A stretch of DNA of 63,990 nucleotides, the filler included, from an uncultured Methanosarcinales archaeon (GTDB lineage: Archaea; Nanobdellota; Nanobdellia; Woesearchaeales; UBA12501): NCBI GenBank assembly GCA_964397315.1. It is 8 parts of 8 records of this genome, joined end to end, with 100 filler letters (N's around TTAATTAATTAA, not from the genome) between each part and the next. Parts side by side here need not be neighbours in the genome. Positions count along the whole stretch, not along the records: positions 52,297 to 59,496 come from CAYNHV010000045.1; positions 59,597 to 63,990 come from CAYNHV010000056.1; 6 more parts are not named here. One strand, 5' to 3'. The stretch's first letter is position 1; the number at the start of each line of letters is the position of its first letter. Of this stretch, positions 57,379-63,990 are shown piece by piece. The notes under the pieces are model-generated. The model saw only the letters and a program-made list of their open reading frames with translations. It was not told the origin of the DNA and ran no database searches. The translations under genes and the position numbers were made by a program.

Positions 57379-59274
57379 ATGGGAGAGGTATATGAGAAAT
57401 TCATTGCAGAGGTTCTTGAGAACAATCCCTACGCAGACAAGGCCCTTGTAAAAAAGGCGTATGATTTCGCCAAAAAGGCGCATGAGGGGCAGACGAGAAA
57501 GTCAGGGGAGAGGTATCTTGCGCATCCTGTGGAGGTTGCAAGGATTCTTGTGAAGCTCAAGGCTGACTCTGCAACAATATGCTCCGCGCTCCTGCATGAC
57601 TGTGTTGAGGACGGCTGCGTGTCCCTTTCAGAAGTAAAAAGCGCTTTTGGAAACGAGATATCCTCTCTTGTTGAGGGAGTCACAAAGATAACGGGCCAGC
57701 ACTTTGAGTCAAAAGAGGAGTACAAGGCAGAGAATCTCAGGAAGGTGCTTCTCGCAACAACAAAGGACATAAGGGTCATGCTCATAAAGCTTGCTGACAG
57801 GCTGCACAACATGAGGACGTTGAGCGCCCACAGGGAGGACAAGCAGAAGAGGATAGCCAAGGAGACCATTGACATTTACGCGCCAATAGCGCACAAGCTG
57901 GGCATAAGGACTATAAAGGGCGAGCTTGAGGACCTCTCCCTGAAGTACCTTGACCCTGACGCGTATTACGCTCTAAGAGACCAGATAGCCTCAAAAAGGG
58001 GGGAAAGGGAGGAGAGGGCAAAGCAGTTCATAAAGCTCATCAATGAAAAGCTGAGGGAGAGGGGGATCAATGCGGCAGTTGAGGGAAGGGCAAAGTATTT
58101 CTACTCAATCTACCAGAAGATGAAGAAGGAAAACAAGGACTTCAACGAGATATATGACCTTATTGCAATAAGGATAATAACCAACACCCTTCCTGAATGC
58201 TACGCCTCTCTGGGAATAGTGCATGAGCTTTTCAAGCCCATGCCCGGCAGGTTCAAGGATTTCATCTCAGTGCCAAAGGCTAACGGATACCAGTCATTGC
58301 ATACCTCTGTTGTCGGAGGGCACGGCAGGATTATAGAGATACAGATAAGGACATCAAACATGCACCACATTGCAGAGGAGGGCATTGCAGCCCACTGGAG
58401 GTACAAGGGGACTGAGAGGGACAAGAAGTTTGACAGGAGGATAAGCTGGCTCAAGCAGCTGCTGGACTGGAAGATGGACTCCAAGACAGCCAAGGAGTTT
58501 GTGGAGACCCTCAAGATAGACCTGTTTGAGAATGAGATTGTTGTCTTTACCCCTAAAGGAGACCCGATATCATTGCCTGAGGGCTCAACACCCGTAGATT
58601 TTGCTTATGCAGTCCATACCAATATAGGCAACCAGTGCTCAAAGGCAGAGGTTAACAACTCAATAGTGCCTCTTAATTACAGGCTGAAGAACGGAGACAT
58701 AGTGCACATCCTTACCCAGAGGAATGCAAAGCCTTCAAGGCAGTGGCTTAATTTTGTGAAGACCTCAAAGGCAAGGAGCAAGATAAAGTCCCAGCTCAAC
58801 ATAACAACAGAGCCCAGGGAGAAGGAGGGGGAGAAAAAGCAGGATCCTGTGAAGCAGCTGGAAGTGACAAGCAGGAAAGCCCCCCTTAAGATTTCAAAAT
58901 GCTGCAGCCCAGAGTATGGCGAGCCCATAATAGCCTTCTACACAAAAGACGGGAGGATAACAGTCCACAAGAAGGACTGCCCCACGCTTAAGGGGCTTCC
59001 AGGCAAGAAGATGGCTGCAGTAAGGTGGAAGGAGGAGGCCAAGGAGCAGTTCAAGCTCAGGGTTGTTGTGACAGACAGGGTGGGGCTTCTGGCTGACGTG
59101 CTTAACCTGCTCGCTGTTAAGAAGATAAACATCCAGTCAATCTACACGCGCTCAAAAAAGGACAAGGTCGTGATAACAATAAAGATGACCCCTCCTCCTG
59201 AGGCAGACCTGAGGGACGTGATAAAGAAGATAAGGGAGATTGAGGGAGTCATTGACGTGAAAAGAGGCGAATAG
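57379..59274 (+). CDS. Long bifunctional RelA/SpoT (p)ppGpp synthetase/hydrolase
   Basis: HD domain (LLHDCVED, KLADRLHNMRTL), synthetase (RFKD, NGYQSLHT, EIQIRT), TGS (FTPKG..DFAYAVHT), CC zinc finger, ACT. Confidence 0.95.
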   Translation: MGEVYEKFIAEVLENNPYADKALVKKAYDFAKKAHEGQTRKSGERYLAHPVEVARILVKLKADSATICSALLHDCVEDGCVSLSEVKSAFGNEISSLVEGVTKITGQHFESKEEYKAENLRKVLLATTKDIRVMLIKLADRLHNMRTLSAHREDKQKRIAKETIDIYAPIAHKLGIRTIKGELEDLSLKYLDPDAYYALRDQIASKRGEREERAKQFIKLINEKLRERGINAAVEGRAKYFYSIYQKMKKENKDFNEIYDLIAIRIITNTLPECYASLGIVHELFKPMPGRFKDFISVPKANGYQSLHTSVVGGHGRIIEIQIRTSNMHHIAEEGIAAHWRYKGTERDKKFDRRISWLKQLLDWKMDSKTAKEFVETLKIDLFENEIVVFTPKGDPISLPEGSTPVDFAYAVHTNIGNQCSKAEVNNSIVPLNYRLKNGDIVHILTQRNAKPSRQWLNFVKTSKARSKIKSQLNITTEPREKEGEKKQDPVKQLEVTSRKAPLKISKCCSPEYGEPIIAFYTKDGRITVHKKDCPTLKGLPGKKMAAVRWKEEAKEQFKLRVVVTDRVGLLADVLNLLAVKKINIQSIYTRSKKDKVVITIKMTPPPEADLRDVIKKIREIEGVIDVKRGE

Positions 59275-59299
59275 GGTATGGGGGCATATAGTTTGATGA

Positions 59300-59496
59300 C
59301 GTTTTAAAGAGGAAATCCTCCAGATGTTGCATCTGCCTGTTTATGAGTTCTAAAAATGATACTTGTTTTAGAAATAGGAATTCCTCCAGAGTTCTCCTCC
59401 TCCCTTGTCGCGATTACAAACTGATTTTTCCCGCCCTCCATCCCCTTCAACATGCTAATCGCACCAACTCCACAGGGCGCTTTAAGCAAATTAAGG
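59300..59496 (+). repeat. Mosaic repeat family A, left part at contig end
   Basis: CCTGTTTATGAGTTCTAAAAATGAT, CATGCTAATCGCACCAACTCCACAG. Confidence 0.88.
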
Positions 59497-59596
59497 NNNN
59501 NNNNNNNNNNNNNNNNNNNNNNNNNNNNNNNNNNNNNNNNTTAATTAATTAANNNNNNNNNNNNNNNNNNNNNNNNNNNNNNNNNNNNNNNNNNNN

Positions 59597-59765
59597 GCTT
59601 ATTGGCTAAAGAAGAGGGGGAGTTGTGCGGTTTTGGAAGGAAAAAACCTGCGAGGCGGTTGTGCAGTAAGGGTGGGAAGTACCAGGAGTTATTATCATAA
59701 ACAAACCACTCTAAAGGCGGAAAGTACCAGGAGTTATAAGCATAGATCTATTACCCCCTTGGAAG
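59597..59765 (+). repeat. Mosaic repeat family A, right part at contig start
   Basis: GCTTATTGGCTAAAGAAGAGGGG, GTAAGGGTGGGAAGTACCAGG; AAGTACCAGGAGTTAT duplicated. Confidence 0.85.
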
Positions 59766-59909
59766 TATCAGGACTTATTAACCTAACTATATGCCCCCTC
59801 AAGGCTGGAAGCGCAGGGAATCATCAGAACCCATGCTCACATCATCCTTTGCCTTCTTACTTCTTTTCATCAAAAACTTAATATACAAGAAGCAAATCAT
59901 TTTCCCAAA

Positions 59910-60308
59910 ATGGCATTAAGGGAGCCCGAATCAATGGATGAGTGCGTCTACTTCACCAGAAGGACGCTGGAGAACAACGGCAGGATTAGGGCCTGGGCAT
60001 ACCGCATTGACTGCCCCAAATGCGGCAGGGCAAAGATGGGAAAGCCTGCTGATGAAACAGGGCATAGGAAAATAAGGGCCAAGATTTATGTCTGCCCTGA
60101 GTGCGGCCACACAGAGTCAAAAGAAGAGCATGAGCCCAAGCTCACTCTTGAGATAAAATACAGATGCCCTTACTGCGGCAATGAGGGAGATGCAACAACA
60201 GAATACAAGAGAAAGACGTTTGAGGGTGTTCCTGCTTATGTGTTCAAGTGCCAGAAGTGCGGTAAGAAGATAGGCATAACAAAAAAGATGAAAAATGGCA
60301 GGAAATAA
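59910..60308 (+). CDS. Multi zinc-ribbon protein
   Basis: Four CxxC motifs (CPKC, CPEC, CPYC, CQKC). Confidence 0.8.
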   Translation: MALREPESMDECVYFTRRTLENNGRIRAWAYRIDCPKCGRAKMGKPADETGHRKIRAKIYVCPECGHTESKEEHEPKLTLEIKYRCPYCGNEGDATTEYKRKTFEGVPAYVFKCQKCGKKIGITKKMKNGRK

Positions 60309-60737
60309 TCAGGATCCGTTTCTTATTACCGCGTTCTTCTTCAGCTCAATGACAGACCTGAGGTTGCTGCAGTCTGAGGTGTCCTTCATCACTTTCCTGC
60401 TGCACACAGCATCAATCCTCTCAGTGGCCTCATTGAGTATTCTTATTGCTGATCCTGTCCTCTGCTTTTCAGACGCGTTCTCAGCCACATGATTCTTTGA
60501 GCTTATCCTCTCAAGCTCAGCGCTAAGGTAGGCCCTGTAGCAGTCTCTGGCATACTCTTCAATGCTTATCCTGTCGCAGAGCTCAAGCCCGGCCTCAGGC
60601 TCGGATCTTACCTTCTGAAGCGCGTCAACGAGAAGCTCTGCGTTCTGGCGGTAATAATGGTCAGAAGCCACAAATACCATTGTCAGGACCACTATCATGA
60701 CTATGGCTGCTGCAAGCACTCCTCTTTTTTTGTGCAT
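60309..60737 (-). CDS. Membrane-anchored hypothetical protein
   Basis: KKRG plus hydrophobic N-terminus; C..I......C motif. Confidence 0.55.
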   Translation of the reverse strand: MHKKRGVLAAAIVMIVVLTMVFVASDHYYRQNAELLVDALQKVRSEPEAGLELCDRISIEEYARDCYRAYLSAELERISSKNHVAENASEKQRTGSAIRILNEATERIDAVCSRKVMKDTSDCSNLRSVIELKKNAVIRNGS

Positions 60738-60835
60738 TTCACCAGTGATTATGGGATTTGTTTATTTAAATGTTGCGGAAGCCCGGGCAGCATGCAGCCA
60801 AAACATTAAAATATGCGCTCTTAAGGCCAGTCTGC

Positions 60836-61318
60836 ATGATCTGCGGGCATTACGAGAACAAGCCTCTTGAGGGGGAGGCGCTCCTGCCTGAGGAGGCTGG
60901 GGCAAGCATAAGCACGAGAGTCATAGAGGAGAGGCCTTATTCAGACAGCCTCTCAAGCCAGGCCATAGAGCTGGACATTGCCAAAGAGTCAATGAGGCTG
61001 GATGACATTGCATATAAGGCATTTGCCTCTTATGAGAAGACGCCTGAGGGTGTCTTCTTTGTGGCTGAGAAGTGGAGGTTCCCCTACTGGAGGAAGAATG
61101 GGCTTGTGTACTCTCCGGGAGAGTCAAACCCCCTAGGGGAATACCTCATAATACTTGCTGAGAAGGGGGCAGGGAAGAAGATTCCGCAGTCAATACACAC
61201 ATACCCAAGATCACCTTTTGGCAGGACAAGAAGAGGGTGCATAAGGCTGAAGAAGGAGGACATGCGGGATTTATTTGAGCGGGTTGAGCTCGGCGCAGAA
61301 GTCTGCATGAGAAAATGA
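60836..61318 (+). CDS. L,D-transpeptidase (YkuD) domain protein
   Basis: TPEGVF, PGESNPLG, SIHT...RGCIRL..EDM..LF..V..GAEV. Confidence 0.78.
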   Translation: MICGHYENKPLEGEALLPEEAGASISTRVIEERPYSDSLSSQAIELDIAKESMRLDDIAYKAFASYEKTPEGVFFVAEKWRFPYWRKNGLVYSPGESNPLGEYLIILAEKGAGKKIPQSIHTYPRSPFGRTRRGCIRLKKEDMRDLFERVELGAEVCMRK

Positions 61319-61346
61319 AGCGCAGGTCTGCAGAAGCAGCAGAAAA

Positions 61347-61958
61347 CTACTCCATGAGCCCCTTCTCCTTCAGGAAGCCGCTTATTATCCTGTGCATCTC
61401 ATCATATCCTTTCTCATTAGGGTGAAGGCCGTCAGCCAGCATCCCCTTATAGTCTTTCTTTATCATGCTGCTGAACACGTCAACAAAATTCACGCTCTCG
61501 CTTCTGCAGCACTCCCTTATTATGCTGTTATACTCCTCCACTCTTGAGTTTGTGAAGTAAGAGCTGCCCAGCGGGCATGCAGCGCCCTCATCCACAGGAG
61601 CCAGGCCGACAAGCACAATCTCCCTTGAGTGTTTCCTGGCTGTTGCGATCATGCTGGTGATGTTCCTCCTGAACTCGCCCTTCTCTGTCATTGCAGTGCC
61701 GTCTTCTGATGCCATTGAGTCATTGATGCCTATGCCTGTCATTATGACCAGCCTTGCCTCCTGAGGCATCCTTGAGCTTATCTCCTCATTCATCCTATTA
61801 AGGAGGGATCCTGAAGTGTCTCCAGGCACTCCCAGGTTGAACAGGTAGCTCCGCGCTTTCTGCTCAATCTCCTCCTTCAGCCTGCCGGCCCAGCCTCTAG
61901 CAGGAGATTCTCCAACCCCGAAGGTGATGCTGTCTCCGAAAGCGAGTATTCTTAGCAT
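61347..61958 (-). CDS. SGNH/GDSL hydrolase
   Basis: FGDSIT, NLGVPG, GIND, DGLHPN. Confidence 0.92.
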   Translation of the reverse strand: MLRILAFGDSITFGVGESPARGWAGRLKEEIEQKARSYLFNLGVPGDTSGSLLNRMNEEISSRMPQEARLVIMTGIGINDSMASEDGTAMTEKGEFRRNITSMIATARKHSREIVLVGLAPVDEGAACPLGSSYFTNSRVEEYNSIIRECCRSESVNFVDVFSSMIKKDYKGMLADGLHPNEKGYDEMHRIISGFLKEKGLME

Positions 61959-62078
61959 AATGGCTGAGGCGGGCTCGTGGTATATAAAATTGTTTATTCT
62001 GGTGCAGGAGTTCTGGCTTTTCTGATGTTAAGGCTTCTAATGGTATATGTGCTTAATGATGTTGCGCCATCTTAGCCT

Positions 62079-62198
62079 ATGACGCAGGCTGGGTCTGACA
62101 GCCATTTTGTGCTGATATTCAGGGTGGACAAGAGTAGGAGTCTGGTCAGGTCTGAAGACCTGCAGTATCATGAGGTTATCTGCCGTAGTAAGAGGTAG
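62079..62198 (+). pseudogene. Possible decayed RelE/StbE toxin C-terminus
   Basis: DSHFVLIFRVDKSRSLVRSEDLQYHE resembles the end of archaeal RelE-like toxins; no intact N-terminus. Confidence 0.35.
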
Positions 62199-62278
62199 GG
62201 CTGGCGCTGTTGTGCGCCGGGAACCTGCAGCCGGGATTAACCGATAAATTAATATTGTATAATATCTGATAAGCCCCT

Positions 62279-62482
62279 ATGAAATTTGAAAAGCTGGAAG
62301 CCTTGCTTAAGGATCTCTCTGATGAGCAGCTGGACGGGATTATAGATGAGTTAGGCTCAGCCACAACCGGAGAGCAGGAGGATGAGAGCAGGCTGGACAA
62401 GATTATTCTTATATGGCTGGCTGATGATAAAGACATTCTTGAAGCAATAGAAAAGACAAGGCCAGGATCCGGGCAGTGTTAA
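62279..62482 (+). CDS. Small acidic hypothetical protein
   Basis: 67-aa ORF after an AT-rich promoter-like tract. Confidence 0.45.
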   Translation: MKFEKLEALLKDLSDEQLDGIIDELGSATTGEQEDESRLDKIILIWLADDKDILEAIEKTRPGSGQC

Positions 62483-62562
62483 GCTTTCCGGAACGCGATT
62501 AGCATGACACGGAGGTCTGACTCAGCGGAATATTTAAGAATATGGTGCTGTTATGTTCTTTT

Positions 62563-62820
62563 ATGGTTAAGGAGCTGGATTATGAAGAATTAAAGAATGA
62601 ACTGATAAGTCTTCTGGAGAGATATCTGGACAGCCCAAAAGACAGGAAAAACAGGGATAGGCTGAGCGAGTTGTGGAATCATTACTTCAGCGCCTTTCCC
62701 TTTATGAAAAAGGAACTTGAAGATGCCCTGGGGGTTGGAGAGGATTTTCTCTGCCATACTGAGCCGTCAGAAGAGAAGGTAAAAAATGTAATTGAAAAGC
62801 TAAGAAGCGCTGAGTTTTGA
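62563..62820 (+). CDS. Small helical hypothetical protein
   Basis: ORF from MVKELDY with upstream TATA-like ATATTTAAG. Confidence 0.5.
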   Translation: MVKELDYEELKNELISLLERYLDSPKDRKNRDRLSELWNHYFSAFPFMKKELEDALGVGEDFLCHTEPSEEKVKNVIEKLRSAEF

Positions 62821-62926
62821 ACCCCCCTATGGTGTTATGCTCTCGTGAGCTTGAGGAGGCCCACGAAGTGGTGAGGAGTCTGGGAGTAAGCTAAGTTTTA
62901 TATATAACTTAAGCTTATCTTAAGAT

Positions 62927-63532
62927 ATGGGGATAGCTAAGTTAGTATTAAATGGTGAAATTGATAAGACATGGTTATATCATGCGCTATCTGAAGAATC
63001 TGATGTCTACTGTACTGACGGTGCATTCAATATTCTATCAGAATTGGGCATCAGGCCGGAGAAGGTTCTTGGGGATATGGATTCTATTGATGATAACCTA
63101 AGATATGCTGTTCAGAGTGTAATTCTGCCTAATCAAGATTATACTGACTTTGAAAAGGCAATTATTTATCTAAAACATTCTTATAAGTCTCTCAAGATTT
63201 ATGGCGCTTCTGGAGGAGAAACAGATCATTTTCTCGGCAATCTATCCGTTGCGAAGAAATATTGTGATGCAATAGATTTACAGTTCCATGACCCATTGCA
63301 ATACTATTTTTTTGCAAAGAAGAAGACAAAACTTAATGATATTAAAGATAAGAATATTTCGATAATACCTTTTCCCATGATGAAATCTGTTTCTTCTTCA
63401 GGCTTGAAATACCCCTTACTAAACCAAAATCTATTCTTGGGCGGCGCGATTAGTGTCAGGAATCTCGCTATTCGTGACAAAGTCACCATAACCTACGAAG
63501 AGGGCAGTGGCGTAATAGTAGTACAGAGGTGA
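62927..63532 (+). CDS. thiN: Thiamine pyrophosphokinase
   Basis: LNGE, TDGA, GDMDS, QDYTDFEKA, GASGGETDHFLGN, GLKYPL, ISVRN. Confidence 0.9.
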   Translation: MGIAKLVLNGEIDKTWLYHALSEESDVYCTDGAFNILSELGIRPEKVLGDMDSIDDNLRYAVQSVILPNQDYTDFEKAIIYLKHSYKSLKIYGASGGETDHFLGNLSVAKKYCDAIDLQFHDPLQYYFFAKKKTKLNDIKDKNISIIPFPMMKSVSSSGLKYPLLNQNLFLGGAISVRNLAIRDKVTITYEEGSGVIVVQR

Positions 63533-63627
63533 GGCTCACTCCTAGATTGTATATAACGATGCAGCCCCCATATTGTAAAATGCAGGCAGATTCAAAGATT
63601 ATTTAAAAAGAGCCTTATAATCCGCTT

Positions 63628-63915
63628 ATGAAATACAAATTGATGCTCTTATTTTTGGTACTCCTATTTTTATGGGGTTGTAATCCTAATGATTAGAATG
63701 CATCAACTGTTAATAACTTATCTTCAAATATAACCGCCCCACATACAGACCGGGATGCTGATGAATGATTATTTGACAGGAGCAGAAATAATTTTACACG
63801 GCGGAAGAGAGCCCTTAATGAAGTGAAGAGAGCCGAACCCTTACAAATAAGTTTATTTATAAATCAAAACAAGGTTTTTCTATTATTGATAGGCTCTCCG
63901 TACAGGCCCCGAAAC
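63628..63915 (+). pseudogene. Possible lipoprotein pseudogene
   Basis: MKYKLMLLFLVLLFLWGC lipoprotein signal followed by in-frame stops; ends at the IS terminus. Confidence 0.35.
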
Positions 63916-63990
63916 CAGTATCTCCGAAAGCAAATGATGTCAAACAAAAATATAGTTGAGCGGCTACCACCGGTGGAACACCGGATGGCA
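63916..63990 (+). mobile_element. IS terminus A
   Basis: CAGTATCTCCGAAAGCAAATGAT, as at 20080. Confidence 0.7.

Noticed and set aside
10108..59596. Seven TTAATTAATTAA palindromes within N runs, and apparent continuity of repeats across gaps (20131/20232, 28761/28862, 59496/59597)
   Set aside because: These are artificial linkers and the contigs are size-sorted, so the continuity reflects assembly breaks in multicopy repeats, not true adjacency.
63628..63915. In-frame TAG/TGA in a lipoprotein-like frame as evidence of stop-codon recoding
   Set aside because: Core genes use TAA, TAG and TGA as normal stops and aRF1 has intact NIKS/GGQ motifs; decay near an IS is the simpler explanation.

Overview
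Fragmented metagenome-assembled genome of a DPANN archaeon, most likely Woesearchaeota/Nanoarchaeota-like (inferred from gene content and order, KRGQ pilin-like proteins and an S-layer-like protein). The window holds 8 contigs joined by seven artificial 100-nt N linkers containing TTAATTAATTAA. The complete contigs decrease in size (9924, 8530, 8054, 7755, 7326, 7200 bp), so adjacency across the gaps is not biological. Most content is housekeeping: RNAP E'/P, Spt4, r-proteins, aRF1, PAN, FEN1, EndA, RNase Z, Trm5, Taw3, TrpRS, Kae1, LonB and a type IV pilus-type ATPase/platform pair. The main discovery, absent from the ORF track, is two heavily fragmented tRNA genes. tRNA-Leu(CAA) at 41567-41801 has four introns (21/22, 37/38, variable loop, 59/60) and tRNA-Pro(TGG) at 7924-8079 has two non-canonical introns (19/20, 59/60). 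All six have BHB-type junctions, yet the EndA in the bin lacks the insertion loop normally linked to relaxed specificity. Other notable items: two integrase-less two-gene cassettes, each flanked by a ~60-bp duplication of the 3' end of the neighbouring housekeeping gene; several modular palindromic or mosaic non-coding repeat families at which the assembly breaks; IS ends; a poly-G-frameshifted RelE toxin; and bacterial-type genes (long RelA/SpoT, L,D-transpeptidase, PurF, thiamine pyrophosphokinase).
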